A stretch of DNA of 64,000 nucleotides from assembly GCA_021613535.1 (NCBI GenBank), contig CP075493.1, positions 12,028,001 to 12,092,000 on the forward strand. The letters are read 5' to 3'. A program made the position numbers and the translations under genes. Source of the DNA: Adineta vaga. Its lineage: Eukaryota > Animalia > Rotifera. Shown in pieces: positions 36,664 to 50,305 of this stretch. The first letter of the stretch is position 1. Each line of letters opens with the position of its first letter. The notes beneath the pieces are model-generated. The model was not told the DNA's origin. It worked only from the letters and a program-made list of their open reading frames with translations, and made no database searches.

Positions 36664-39600
36664 TCAATATATTTTGAATAGATTTCGATAACGACTAATT
36701 GCTTTATGAAATTCTTGTTTATAAACCGTTGATGGTAAAACGAATAAGACAAAAGTAAGTGTTGATGGAATCAATGATATGAAATATCCTGTCAGAAACA
36801 GATGTGAATCACTTGCAGATCTGATACAACTTGATGCGAATGCAATAATTAAACGTGGAATAACAAGGAGAATCAATACAAATGGACCAATAAGAAGATT
36901 TTTATGCTGTTGAATTTGTTCTTTTAAAATGATTCCATACTTTTGTTTTTTTTGTATTGATTTCCGTTGTTGAGTTTTACTTATTATAATAATGCTTGTC
37001 GAGATGATATTGATAATAAATGGAGCAATAAAATGAAATGTATTCACTACATAATCCAATAGACGAATAGAAGATCGATATTTTGCAATACATTGAAATC
37101 GCTTTTCATCATCATCATCATCATTATATAGATTTCGATGTAATGGATCATGAATACAAGTTAGCATTATAATGAATAAAAGAAAACAGATTATATATTT
37201 TGCAAAGGATTTTATTTTTCTTTGATTAAAATTAATACCTTTGACTGCAATTATTGCTCGTTCAATTGATACAAATGCTGTTAACCATTGATCCATTGTT
37301 AAACATATTCGAAGAAGAAAATCTAGAAAAATACATTGAAATTTGAGAAATAATTCATTTTGAATTAATCCAATTTGTGAATAAATAAAAATCCAAAATT
37401 TCAATGTAAATATAATCATTGTTAATAAAATAATAACTGAAGTAAAAAGAAGATAAATTCCGCAACCAAATTCACGTAATTTTCCACTTTTAAATGTTAA
37501 CAATGAAAGAATACCATTTATTAAACCAGAAATAATTATCAATATACTAAAAATTTCACTAATTAAAACTATATATGATTGTTTAATAATATTTCTATTC
37601 GAATGAATATGAAAAGCGAGAATAGCATCAAGTGAAAGACTAAATGCATTTGTTGTTAATTCACATTTCGTTCCATAATAACAAACAGGACATTGACATA
37701 GGAAATATTTTGGACATGGCGATTTTTCTTGATAACAATCACCTCCATTACTACAATCACTCTTTCCTAAACAAGTTGTACGTGTATTATGATCAAATTC
37801 AAAACAATTCGATACACGTTGTTCATTCATCACTTGTTGACACATACAAAATTGTTGTTCATCATAAAAACATGTTAAGAATAAATTTATCTGACATGGC
37901 AAATGATAATATTTTATACGATGAAGACGATGATAATCCAGAATTGTTTGATTAAATACTTCACTTATATTTAAACACTCACTTCTTGATGTTAACTTTT
38001 TTTCAATCACCATTTGTGGTTGATAGGTTTTTTCCATGTAAATTAAATGATAATTTTTATTGGGTAATTCAATAAAGAGAAGATGAAATTCAAGTGACCA
38101 ATAGATAGTAATGAAATTTTGTACCATTGTAATTCGTTTTACAGTTGTTGTTCGAACAGGAAAATTATTTGTTTGTATTTGAATAAAATGAGCAAATATT
38201 AATGAATGTAAATCTGGTGTTTGATCAAATGATATGATGAATTTCGTTCGACTTATTTCACAATGATGACCAGAAAATCCTTTAGGACAATAACATGTTG
38301 ATTTATTCTTCGATGTTTCATATTCATCTGTTGGTATACATGTACCTCCATTCATACAAATCTCTTCTTGACATCGATTATTATCAATTAAACATCGAGG
38401 ACCCATTTTATTCATTGGACAAACACATAATGATCGATTATTAGCCAATTGACCGAGACATAATGATTTAGTTGAACACGAACAAGAATATTCAATTGTA
38501 CAATATTGACCTGTCCAACCTGAATCGCATTGACAAAAGCTTTCGTTATTCGAATCATCAAAGTATCTAATACATTTTCCATGTATACATTGATTAGTCA
38601 CACAATTGTCGATCTCATCCGGACTATTAGGAATATTGAATTGAAAGACAAGACGATGAACAGGTAAAAATGAATGATTCAAATGTTTGATGAAACTTGC
38701 TCGATAAGTTAATGTTCTTCTTTCATAAATATCAATATGAAGGGAATAATTGTTTTGAAGATTTTTTGGTCGAGTCGAATATAATAAATAGAAATTAAAT
38801 TTCTTTTGACAATCTTTTAAAAAGAGATAATTCAATTGTTCAGATGAATGAATCAATCGTTCATTACTATCATCAATTAATGATATAATAATAATGAATG
38901 GTATTTGTCGAGAATATGCCGTGGCATGAAATTGTACGGTAAGACTAATCCGTTGATTTTGATATTGACATCGATCACCATAAAAACTTGGCGGACAAAG
39001 ACAAATGATACTCGTAAGATTTAGTTCTTTATTTAATCGAAGTTGTAGAGGAAAACCACGATGACAATGTGGTTGGTAAGGTTCAATAACTTCGGAAGTT
39101 TCCGATGAATCAATCGATAAACTAAGAAAACCGTGTTCAATAGATGGTCCAAGTGAATTTTGACTTTGATCTAATGTAAAATATATATGCGATCGCTTTC
39201 CGATTTGTATAAATGATCTACACAATGATTTTGCGATATCAGATCCGTATAATTCAAATTCTCGTGCGCAAATACCTTGAGTAACCGGTTTACCAGTAAG
39301 ATCATTACTTTGACAGACTAATTCATCTTCTCCATCAATCTCACAATCAATCTTGTCATTGCATATCCTGTGGGATAAAATGCAAATTTTTCTATCAGAA
39401 TATTTACAATAAAATGTATACGGATTAGATTCATTGATAGTAGTTCTATCACAAAATGTTGGTTCATCAGCAGCACCAATACAATCAATAATCCCATCAT
39501 TCGCTTTTTCAATCGGTAAACATATTAAATTCTTGGTTTCTATTGAGACACAAACATGATGATTTTCCGAACAATTTAATAATGCTATAGATGGATCACA

Positions 39601-41478
39601 ATTAATTTCATCGATTCCATTAGGAAAATGCCAAAATCCATCACAACGATTGTAAATATGAAGTGATGGCCAATGCTCACAATTTGTTTCATCTGTTTCA
39701 TTTTTATCTTCAACAAATTCTTGTGACAAATGAAGATATTTATCACAAATTGTTTGAAATAGAATTGTATTTTTAAAATAATTTTCACCGAACTCTTCAT
39801 CAGAACAATAATTATCACCGGGTACTTTACAATCACACGACCATCCGTCGTTGACTTGAGCGATATGAATGTATTCATTCGTGCCCTTGCATTTTGTATA
39901 ATGTGAAAGTTGTTTCATTAGATCTGTATTATTACTTATCGTCAAATAATCTTCATCATCACCATAATAACAATCCATAATCGTATTGAGAAGACGATTT
40001 TTCGAAATACATTTCAATGAATCTCTACATTGATATATCATCGATTGATTACAGAATGTTGAATCATTAGAAATAAGTGCTATGTTCGTACGTAACCATT
40101 CTGTTAAAGGCTTGATATACAATTGCAACCATCTTGTTTCCCAAAAGCTAACTTCACTGTTCACTACATCCGTATAAAATCGACAGGTTTTATTTATAGT
40201 AGGTAATAGAAATGCTTTTCCATCGTTCGGTATGGGAAGATATTGATCATCATAACAAATATATGTTGGTGGAAGTGGACGAGATGAATATTTTAATTTC
40301 GCTTTATTGTAGACTATATAGACTTGACCATGAAGAAATGGATCATCAGAAATCGATATCATTTCGGGACATTTCGTTTTAACAATCTGATTGAATAAAT
40401 TTTTATTCGAGAGATATTCACAGATTTCTAGCGATGGTACAAGTATATTCGTTAATGTTGGTTCTAATGAATATGGCATTTGCATAATACATTTCATTAA
40501 TGACCAACATTCATCGTCTAAATCTTTTGGTTTAATCGAAAACAATGCTTTTCCTAAAAGATATTCACGATTCGGTCCACATGAACTGGTAAGCGTTTGT
40601 CGATATTTTGAAAAGATTTTACCAAATCTTGTGCATGAAACATCTTCGCGTGCAAATATTGGCTCTCTGGTGTACAATTGATCGTCCGTATTATCGAGAA
40701 GAAACGATGCACTCATATGTTCATCCATTCGATCGAGACAATCAGGAGCTGATGAAGGATCACGAGTAAATGATTTGGGAATACATTGTCCATATCCACA
40801 TTGAAATTCATTCTCATTACATTGATGAATTTCAAGTTGCCAACAAAATTTTTCATCTAATCCATCATTAAGACAATGAACTATTCCATCACATATTTCT
40901 GTCCAATCAAGACATGCAGGCAATGGACCACGCTTGCAGTTTAAATGTAGATAACAAGTCAATTCAGTTGGTTCATACCGATTATTTTGATAATAATCAT
41001 AAACAAATTCATTCAATGATGAATAATTAGCCGTGTAATTAATCAGTGCATATTGACATCGCCAACCAAAATATGGTAAAGTACAATTATAGAAAACTTC
41101 GGTCGCTAAAGATACTGATATTTCATCTGACGATAAGAGTTGATCTAAATAGATTTGATAGTTTTCAATAAGATCAATTGATGCTGACCAATGATATAAT
41201 TGTTCGATTGTAACATGTTGTTCTGCTAATTGAGAAAAATTGAATTTCGATTCGAAGTTATTTTCTGTTAAATTGAAATTTGATGACCATTCTCCCATAC
41301 AATACGAAATGATCTGACGTGGATCAGAATCCTTTATGATATGTGCTGCAACATTCAAACAATGATGTTGAAAATCATGATTTTCATTTGTCCAATCTGT
41401 CAATTGAAAATTGATTTGAATTTCAAGCTTTACCAGTCGTATTAATAAGCAAAAAACGAGCAACTTCTCAAAAAACAT
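36664..41478 (-). CDS. Large LDLa + EGF repeat ectodomain 7TM receptor (1604 aa)
   Basis: Signal peptide, LDLa repeats (CNENEFQC..GQCI...DCLDRMDE), multiple EGF repeats (CMNGGTC...CYCPKGFSGHHCE) and a C-terminal 7TM with SIER. Single exon. Confidence 0.92.
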   Translation of the reverse strand: MFFEKLLVFCLLIRLVKLEIQINFQLTDWTNENHDFQHHCLNVAAHIIKDSDPRQIISYCMGEWSSNFNLTENNFESKFNFSQLAEQHVTIEQLYHWSASIDLIENYQIYLDQLLSSDEISVSLATEVFYNCTLPYFGWRCQYALINYTANYSSLNEFVYDYYQNNRYEPTELTCYLHLNCKRGPLPACLDWTEICDGIVHCLNDGLDEKFCWQLEIHQCNENEFQCGYGQCIPKSFTRDPSSAPDCLDRMDEHMSASFLLDNTDDQLYTREPIFAREDVSCTRFGKIFSKYRQTLTSSCGPNREYLLGKALFSIKPKDLDDECWSLMKCIMQMPYSLEPTLTNILVPSLEICEYLSNKNLFNQIVKTKCPEMISISDDPFLHGQVYIVYNKAKLKYSSRPLPPTYICYDDQYLPIPNDGKAFLLPTINKTCRFYTDVVNSEVSFWETRWLQLYIKPLTEWLRTNIALISNDSTFCNQSMIYQCRDSLKCISKNRLLNTIMDCYYGDDEDYLTISNNTDLMKQLSHYTKCKGTNEYIHIAQVNDGWSCDCKVPGDNYCSDEEFGENYFKNTILFQTICDKYLHLSQEFVEDKNETDETNCEHWPSLHIYNRCDGFWHFPNGIDEINCDPSIALLNCSENHHVCVSIETKNLICLPIEKANDGIIDCIGAADEPTFCDRTTINESNPYTFYCKYSDRKICILSHRICNDKIDCEIDGEDELVCQSNDLTGKPVTQGICAREFELYGSDIAKSLCRSFIQIGKRSHIYFTLDQSQNSLGPSIEHGFLSLSIDSSETSEVIEPYQPHCHRGFPLQLRLNKELNLTSIICLCPPSFYGDRCQYQNQRISLTVQFHATAYSRQIPFIIIISLIDDSNERLIHSSEQLNYLFLKDCQKKFNFYLLYSTRPKNLQNNYSLHIDIYERRTLTYRASFIKHLNHSFLPVHRLVFQFNIPNSPDEIDNCVTNQCIHGKCIRYFDDSNNESFCQCDSGWTGQYCTIEYSCSCSTKSLCLGQLANNRSLCVCPMNKMGPRCLIDNNRCQEEICMNGGTCIPTDEYETSKNKSTCYCPKGFSGHHCEISRTKFIISFDQTPDLHSLIFAHFIQIQTNNFPVRTTTVKRITMVQNFITIYWSLEFHLLFIELPNKNYHLIYMEKTYQPQMVIEKKLTSRSECLNISEVFNQTILDYHRLHRIKYYHLPCQINLFLTCFYDEQQFCMCQQVMNEQRVSNCFEFDHNTRTTCLGKSDCSNGGDCYQEKSPCPKYFLCQCPVCYYGTKCELTTNAFSLSLDAILAFHIHSNRNIIKQSYIVLISEIFSILIIISGLINGILSLLTFKSGKLREFGCGIYLLFTSVIILLTMIIFTLKFWIFIYSQIGLIQNELFLKFQCIFLDFLLRICLTMDQWLTAFVSIERAIIAVKGINFNQRKIKSFAKYIICFLLFIIMLTCIHDPLHRNLYNDDDDDEKRFQCIAKYRSSIRLLDYVVNTFHFIAPFIINIISTSIIIISKTQQRKSIQKKQKYGIILKEQIQQHKNLLIGPFVLILLVIPRLIIAFASSCIRSASDSHLFLTGYFISLIPSTLTFVLFVLPSTVYKQEFHKAISRYRNLFKIY

Positions 41479-42312
41479 TTTTTGTAATCGAATGAATAGT
41501 AAGATAAATATCGTTAAAATACAGAAAAAAAAGAACGTTAAATACCATCAGGTGGTATTTTTCCAAGATAAAGAAACGGAACGTTATTATTAGAAATCGA
41601 CAGAAAAACCTAGATGCTATCAGTCGAAATAAGTGTGCGTAAATCATAAAGAAACTATATCGTTTTCTTCAGTTCAATTTCAGTGCAACAATATTTTCAC
41701 TTATGCGTTTCTCTCTTTTTTTTTCTGTAATCTAAACATATTTTGATCAACACACAGCATCTGTTTAAAAATAATTCTTATGGAAATATTTATAGAAAAT
41801 AAAAGTTCATTTTCTAGATGAATAATGGTGAGAATGGGTAGATTTAAACTTTGAAAGATAATTCATAAATTATATTCTTTTTTGTTCTTGTTTTTTCTTC
41901 CATCCTGTAACTAATATTATAGAAAAAAAACGCTGATTTATTCTTTCTTCGAGAGGATCCAGATGTTATGTAAAAACGTTGAGGTTCGTAATTTCATTTG
42001 AATGAGAAAAATGCACTTAACGTGCAAACATAAATCAATTATATACTGTTTAGCATATCTTGAATCTTCACTGCTTCTGCAAAAGTTCAAATTTAATATC
42101 AAATGTCTATGACTAACAATGAAACCCATCGATGAATACAATAGACTCTTGCATAGATAAAGTGTTAACTTATATTGATATTCATCCTTCTTTTGTTTAG
42201 CATTACAAGAGAATACATTGTGGCCTATTGAAATTTGTAAAATAAATCAATCAACTGTTCTAAAACCTTTCTTTGCTCAGCTCTACTTATAGTTAAATGC
42301 AATTATAACAAT

Positions 42313-45300
42313 ATGTTCTTGCTCATTCTTCTATATTGTTATATAGGTTGTGAATAGAAAAAAAAAATTTTTTTCCTATATTACTTTCACCGAACTGAGA
42401 GAAAATGACGTCTAAAACTAATATTCATCATTTCCTTATAAGTAAAGTTTTTTCTGCGTATTTTCACCTTGAGGATGTTCTCAGTTGAAAATAGTTCAAG
42501 AATTTTTTCCTATTATTATTTACATCCGATCGAAACTATGTCAATAAAGGTATGGAAAATTTAATTCAATTTTTGCTCTATATACATAGTATCCCAGGTT
42601 AATGGAAACAAAATGATTATTATTGATTACATTCTTCGGCTTTAAGAAAACAATCATTGTTCTTTTTTCTAACAAAAAGAGGACTTGATCTAGAATCTTT
42701 ATATTATTGTTTAAATATGAATTTGAAAAATATATTCTTCGTAGGATTGATAAATCTTTTGGTTCTCGATAAGATATCAAGTGAGTTTTACAGAGTTTTA
42801 ATGAGAAATAGAAGCGATGTTGAATGAATAAATATTTCACTATTATTTTTAAGGTCAATTGACACTATCAGCAGAAGCAGTTTGGGATCAAAATGGAATT
42901 ACAGTTACTGGAGTTGCGAATGGAACTAACGGTCCATCATGGTATGAACTTGATAGACCCTTAGGTATATCGATTACGGACGATGATGTTCTATATATAG
43001 CTGATTCGATAAATAATCGTATTGTTGTTGTGCAACTTGGATCGACATATAATGTGTCTATAATTGGAAATGGACCAGGTCCTGCTATATCTCAATTCTC
43101 CAATCCATTCGATGTCTTCACAACTAATACCACACTTTACGTTAACGACTTGAGTAATCTACGAGTGAAAACAAGTTTATTGAATGGTTCTGATCCAATG
43201 ATTGCACTTACTTTTATCAGTTTATCAATTGGGCCTTGTTATTTTCATGTCGACAATGATGGTAACATATATATGAGTAACACAAACGATCATACAGTCT
43301 TGTATTTTGCTTTCAATTCAACAAATGTTATCATTGTCGCTGGTATTGGGATACCAGGAGCTAATCTTAATCAGCTCAGGTCGCCTTATGGATTGTTCGT
43401 TCCTGCTGATGGATTCCTTTATGTTGCTGATTGCTATAATCATCGAATTATGAAATGGTTTCCCGGAAACATATCTGGTACTGTTGTAGCTGGTAATGGA
43501 GTATGCGGAGCAAGTTCAACACAGCTCTGTGAACCTACCGATATCATTGTTGATGTAAATGAGTACATGTATATAACTGAAAGTGGAAATGCAAGAATTA
43601 CACGTTGGAAACTTAATTTTTCATTTGGAAATTGTATTGCTGCATGCACCGGAGTACATGGAATTGCATCAACACAATTATCTGCACCACACTCTTTAGC
43701 GTTCGATAAATATGGTTCAGTATATGCAAGTGATTGGGATAACAATAGAATTCAAAAATTTCAAATTCTTCCACACAATAGTAAAAGATTATGTCCACCT
43801 TTTTGAGATTGGTTTTACGATACATTTTTTTTTCTTATAGATCCTTCGTATAATCAACCAAAATTTTCTTCTTGTACAACATGGAATTCTCATGCTGTCA
43901 CTTTTCTTAATAGTAGTATAGTTGGAACAATACCAAAAAGTGTCTTCATTGATACGAATAATACGATTTATATTGCTGAACACGCTTTAAATCGTGTTCA
44001 AATTTGGTCCGAAGGTTCAATGATTTCTATTAGAAATATTAGTAATGGATTAAGCTATCCATCTTCTGTCTTTGCCACAGACAATGGCGATATTTATGTT
44101 GACAACGGTGTTTATAACCAACGCGTAGATAAATGGTCAATAAATGCAACAAATTCTGTCGTTGCAATGCATGTCAATAGTTATTGTTATAGTCTATTTG
44201 TTGATATTCACGAGAATCTTTACTGTTCCATGCATTTAAAACATTCTGTTGTGAAACATTCATTTAATAATGAGGCAAATATTACTAGTATTATTGCTGG
44301 AATTGCTGGAACTGCAGGATCAATGCCAAACATGCTTAATGGACCTATAGGTATTTTTGTTGATAAAAATATAAATTTATATTTAGCAGATTGTTACAAT
44401 AATCGAATTCAACTGTTCTCATTTGGAGCTTATAATGGTACAATAGTAGCTGGTAATGGTGCATCATCTACAATATTACTCCAGTGTCCTTCTGATGTTA
44501 AACTTGATGGTAATGGTTATTTATTTATTGTTGATCAGCAAAACAGTCGTATTATTGGATCTGGACCAGCTGGATTTCAATGTATAGCTGGATGTACACG
44601 TACGAGTGGTCCAGCATCGAATCAATTAAATCAACCAGTGACATTAAGTTTTGATCGCTATGGCAATCTCTATATTGCAGACATGTTAAATAATCGGATT
44701 CAAAAATTTTTAGTATCAAAAGACAATTGTCGTTCGTATCTTGAAAATATGTTCTATTCGTTTCTCTCTTACATTCTTTGATTTTTTTACAGGTTCTTAC
44801 AATCAACCAAAATTCTGTTCCAATGCTACTTGGGATGCAAATGCTATTACATTTTTCGAGTCGAAAATAACCGCACCTGAACCTCAAGATATCTTTACTA
44901 ATACTAATAATACCGTCTATTTAATTACTCGAGATTCAGGTGATATTTTTATAACACCAGAACAGAATAACGATACATTGACATTAAATATATCTCATAG
45001 TTCAAAATCACGAAATAGTCTTTTCATCATGAATAATAATGATATTTATGTTGAAGCTAGTACTGCTGATTATCGTATTGACAAATGGATATCAAACACG
45101 ACAAGTCTTATTATGCTATAAATCTGACTAGTGCATGTTGGGATATATTTGTTGATGTAAATGATTATCTCTACTGTTCCTATTATAATGAAAATCAAGT
45201 TATTAAAACATTACTGAATAGTAATTCATCCGTAATAACAATTGCGGCGGGTAATGGTACCGCAGGTTCCGAATCAGATATGTTATTTTCGCCTAGGGGA

Positions 45301-46633
45301 ATCTTTGTTGATATGAATCAAAATTTATATGTTGCTGATTGTAACAATGATCGAGTTCAAAGATATTCTTCAGGTCAATTGAATGGAATAACTGTTCTTG
45401 GTAATGGTTCAATTCATATGATTGGACTTTCTTGTCCGAATGGAATCATACTTGACAACGATGGTTATCTTTTTGTCGTTGACTTAAACAATAATCGTAT
45501 TATTGGTTCATCCTCTGATGGATTTAGATGTATAGTTGGCTGTTCCGCAGTGGCTGGTTCCGCAGCGAATGAATTGAGGTCTCCACAACAAATTAGTTTT
45601 GATAGTTATGGCAATCTTTTTGTTACTGATTCGGATAATGATCGCGTACAAAAGTTTCTTTTCATTTCGAATTCTTGCGGTAAGAATATCATAGAGGATT
45701 GTCTTTTCTTCTAATTGATTTCATTCAGAGGAAATAACAACATCATCTATCACTTATACAAGTCTCTATTCAATTGAAAGTTCAACAAATGATCTTCCAA
45801 CAACAACTCTTTCGAATAGTAATATAAAAACATTTATTATTTATATTCCTCATTCTCTTGTAGTTTCATTATGTTCAACTTCAACAAATATTGGTTCATA
45901 TTGTAATATATCAAGTAATACATGTGATATGCTTCGGCCATGTCTGTACAATGGATTTTGTTATAATTTAAACACAACTCGTCATGGCTATACCTGTGCA
46001 TGTCTATCGGGTTTTAATGGTAGTAACTGTCAATTTGATAATCGATTATGTAAATCGAATACTTGCTGGAATAATGGTTGTGTATTTCTTTTTTTTTTCA
46101 AATTTTGAATAAGAAAAATATCTTCGGCTTTTGTTTTTCGTGTAGGTATCTGTAATGAAACATCGAATAGTACATTTCGATGTTCTTGTCAATTGGGCTG
46201 GACAGGTCTTAATTGTGAACAGAAAGTTGACTATTGTGCAAATGTTACGTGTGAAAACAATGGAATCTGTCGAGCATTATTATTGAATTATAGTTGTGAA
46301 TGTCTTGGTGATAGTTATTCCGGTCGTCAATGTGAAATTGTGAATAGCAAAATAGTTTTATATAAGATACTTGCAAAATCCTTTGCTTATATTGCTATAA
46401 TTGCCATGAGCATTGTTGGAATATTCGTTATTGTAATGGATATATTAAAATATTGTTTTGGTATTGATCCAATTGATCAAGATTTACGACGAAAAAAACA
46501 AATAAAAAAACGTCGAACTCCTATTTTTGTACGGTTTATTTATATTGACTCAACACCAACACAAACAACTAATCATTCTATACTTAACGAGAACAAAACA
46601 GTTCAAAATACAAACAATATTTCTTTATACTGA
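42313..46633 (+). CDS. Type I membrane protein: three NHL-repeat propeller modules, Thr/Ser stalk, EGF repeats, TM
   Basis: Putative signal exon 42313-42346 (MFLLILLYCYI) splices in phase to 42854. Three homologous NHL exons (LYVADCYNHRI, FD.YG.LY..D..N.RIQKF), EGF exons, TM YIAIIAMSIVGIFVIVM. Confidence 0.88.
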
Positions 46634-46977
46634 ACATATAGATAATAGCAAAATTGATTCATCAGTTACGTTTTACCTATACGTCCATGATTAACTTTTT
46701 GTTTTCTTGTAGAAAAAAAAAAGGTCAATGATATCACACAGTTCTTCTGTTATTTTCTCATTCATTGAAAAATCCAGTTTTCTTGGAATAACTATCATGA
46801 GAATTTGCAGCCGAATCTTACACAATCGTTGTCAATGATTTGGCATTAATCAGTCCATCTCGTGATTTTGAAAGTTATCGAACAGACCCATATAAACTTC
46901 GAACGTCCGATGTAGGATTTATTAATTTTATTTGGAATATAATATATGACAAAGAAAAAATGTTTAGTTCAAGTCGA

Positions 46978-47232
46978 TTAATCTATTTCTTCATAGTTCA
47001 CTAGATATTCCAGTCTTTTCCACACCACTATTTCACCTTTATTATTCACTTCTTTGAGATCCTTGTTAGGTAGTCGAACGAGAGCAGAATATCCTTTGCC
47101 TGTCCATCCGGCTGGTAATACAATAATATCTTTTGTAAATACAGGATTTGGAGTTATTCCCCAATCGGAACGTTCAATATTATAGCCACCAATAACAAGT
47201 GTGACTGAATCAGATCCATAAATGCCATCCAT
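46978..47232 (-). CDS. Small hypothetical protein (84 aa)
   Basis: ATG ORF with globular beta-rich composition and higher GC than flanks, preceded by a polypyrimidine-AG acceptor at ~47258. No family recognised. Confidence 0.5.
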   Translation of the reverse strand: MDGIYGSDSVTLVIGGYNIERSDWGITPNPVFTKDIIVLPAGWTGKGYSALVRLPNKDLKEVNNKGEIVVWKRLEYLVNYEEID

Positions 47233-49278
47233 TATGAAACTTTAATATGATTTTATCTAGGAAAATAAAAAGGAATTCTATAGTCATCGAACAATGTAAT
47301 GAGCTATTGAATCTTAAGAAAAATATATTATTACATTTCTACTTAACAATGATTCAACATATTGTAAAGAAAGACGTTACCTACACTTGTTGTTAAAAGA
47401 TAAAATTGTCAGAAAAAACACTTATCGTCACATAAAAAAGGTTCAATACTTTTATATGAAGTTCATTGAAATATTTCGCAACAACAACGATATGACAAAT
47501 TATTCAAGTTTATATATAGTTTCAATGACTATACGTTTTATAATGATGATAGCGAAGATAATAATATTATTTACAAGAAAATAGAACGTAATTTATTCAT
47601 CGAAACATGTAATATTACCATTGACTTCAAGAACATGTTCGATTATTTCATCATAACTATGCATATGTAAAATAGAACATGGAAGATTTGATCTCTAATT
47701 GATATATATATAGGTGAAAGATGAACTTGAAAAAGTAGACGATGAAGAGATAGAAGAAAAAAAACGAACGTTTGTTTTTCATATTATGAACACTTCTTTT
47801 TACTCACTGCAATGAAGGATAGATACTATCAAAACTGATGTCCTTCATGTAATGAAAACACTGTTCTTCAAGTTATTTATTACCGAAAAGAAATGTATAA
47901 CGAAGAAGAACAAATTTATACCAAAAATAAAATTCAAAGCTATTTCACAATTAGAATGATAACATAAGATTATGAGTAAAGGAAACCATCGCCAAATATT
48001 CTTTTTTTTTTTATACATGAGCATCGCGTTGATATATACTTGTTGACAAGAAGGGAGTCATCCTCTATGTTTATGTCAAACAGTTCTATTTCACTGATTG
48101 CTGGTGATATTAATTAACAGGTAACGATACATTCATCATTCAAAATACGAGTTCTTTTTCTACCACATTTATAACAATGTATATAAATAATAACTATTTT
48201 CTATCTATTCGAAGTTGATTTAGTTTAATAATATACAAAAAAGTATCGACTGTCTTTGATTTGTTTGTTTTTTTCTAAAAAGCTAATACAAATAGTTGAT
48301 TGATGTGAACTTGCATAAGAACTTTCTTTACCCATGTGTTTTTTTTCAATTTTTTTATCATAAAATGGCTGAGATGATTATTAAATCACTCGATCAAATC
48401 CATATAATCTGTTCTAATGATCGCATGTTCTTGAAATAATACAGATATAATACTGAGTGAGTGGATAATATGACACGATTTATCATTGTTTGAGTACATG
48501 TTTTTTTTATCTAACATGTTATCGATCTCATACATTTACTCGTTAATAACAGCTAATAAATTAATTGAAATTCAATGAATTCTAACGCCAAGTACTTCAT
48601 TATCAAATGTGCGTGTCATGACACCTTCGGCTGTTGATCGAGCTTTTTTCAATACTACTACTACTGTAGAATTCGCAATGAATTGGAGGTTTATACCTGC
48701 CCATAACAATAATGTACATCCTAATGGAACATTTGTTGCTCGCAAATTGGCAGCAAATTTATAATGAATGAATAAAAACGCTGAACATATATAAAATCAA
48801 CAGGCGGTTTTGATCTCACGCTTAGTTCATTTGATTTTTCAGGTAATATTGATGAAGATGAAACAATGAGTACCTGTGCTGGAACATTTGCAAGCACATT
48901 TCTTCTTCTTATTCCTGATTTTAGTGAAATACACGTCCAGTGTAATGTGGTAGTTCATCATGTGATCCGTGTCTTCGAAATTATCATCCTACAACGAATT
49001 CAGGATAAGTAGTTTCAGCCAGTAGTTTTTATATTTGTTCAAACCTCACTACCTGTTCGGTCCGCTACTCCGCGAAGATAATGTCGATGCACTCTTCCGT
49101 GAAAATGAAAAACTCTAATTCATGTTTTTTTCTCACTCGTAAAGAAACTTTTGTTGATTGATTAAATAACTTAGTAATGACACCCAATATAACGTATGCA
49201 GCTTACTTAGCTCGACTTATCACTATTTTATTGATTTTCGAATTCATATTCTTTTAACATATGTAAAAACATTCACAA

Positions 49279-50305
49279 TTACACTTGACATCTATCAGAG
49301 AAGTAATAATCTTTTTTTGTTCTTTTTCTAACTAGCGTACTACTCGGCGTATTCATTTTCATACTTTTCAAATTTCTTCGCCTTACTACGCAACAACAAC
49401 ATACAAAAAATGCATTTCGAAATGGTGTGTTCAACCAAATTACGGAAAGTTTTTCCATTGCAATTGATAATGGAACTGCTACTAATGTCAAAACAAAGAA
49501 ATGAATCGATAGAATTCGATGTGGTGCCAAGAGACATATATAAATGACAGTTGGTAATCCACCAAAAGTAAAGATGAAAACGAAAACTAGAATATTGCTG
49601 AGTAATTTGATTTCACGTGTAGGACTAGAATGACGTGGTCTTGACTCAGTGGAATAATAGTTAAGTCGATAGACAATTACTATATAAATAATAATAATAG
49701 ATAATACTGGTAGGAGATATTGTGTCGCATAGAGATAATAGAGATGAAATGTGTGCTTTAATCCAATTGAACAAAATCTACCTGGTTGGTGAATAACATC
49801 ATCATATCTGATCAAAATTGTGCTCGGTGTTAGAAATCCTACGATCCATTGAATACTAATCAAAAGATAATGAAAGCGCCATGTTTGTAGATGGTGACGG
49901 TGATTGTGAAATAGTGCATGAAAAAGACGACAAAGAGCTTGAAGAAGAAATGATGAACTAAGTAGAGTTGTAGCAACTACAGTGACATATCGCTCGAATA
50001 ACACAAAACAATCGGCTGTCTCGATTAATTGGATTGAATGGAGTGAATGGAGTGAATGGAGTGATACCGACCATGAAAAATTGTACAAATGTTGTAATTG
50101 AATAGAATAAACTGATCAAACATGTATTACAGACGAGTAAATTTGAGCTTGTGTTAAGTTTTTTTATTGTAAATGTTAGATAAAAGATAATAATTGAAAC
50201 AGATAGAACAATGAAAAAACAGATTGTATAAATAGAATAAACAATAACAATTGAAAAGATTGACAGCAATATTTCTGTACTATTGTATGGACTATAGATA
50301 AACAT
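49279..50305 (-). pseudogene. Orphan GPCR split by a 1-nt insertion at ~49990
   Basis: TM1-2 in ORF 49958-50347 (…FCVIRA), TM3-7 in ORF 49279-50088 (YVTVVATT…QALCR). Removing one base from cga-gcg-a-tat gives FCVIRAYVTVV. Confidence 0.8.
50035..50064. repeat. 9-bp tandem repeat (tgaatggag)x3 encoding TPF x3 in the GPCR's first extracellular loop
   Basis: Directly visible in the sequence. Confidence 0.85.

Noticed and set aside
6815-44887. Numerous antisense or alternate-frame ORFs inside real genes (e.g. 6815-7204, 32764-33195, 37644-37955, 43440-43745)
   Set aside because: Shadow ORFs of the coding strand with no independent features.
48570-49100. Slightly GC-richer patch with short open frames on both strands
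   Set aside because: No recognisable motif or consistent exon chain.
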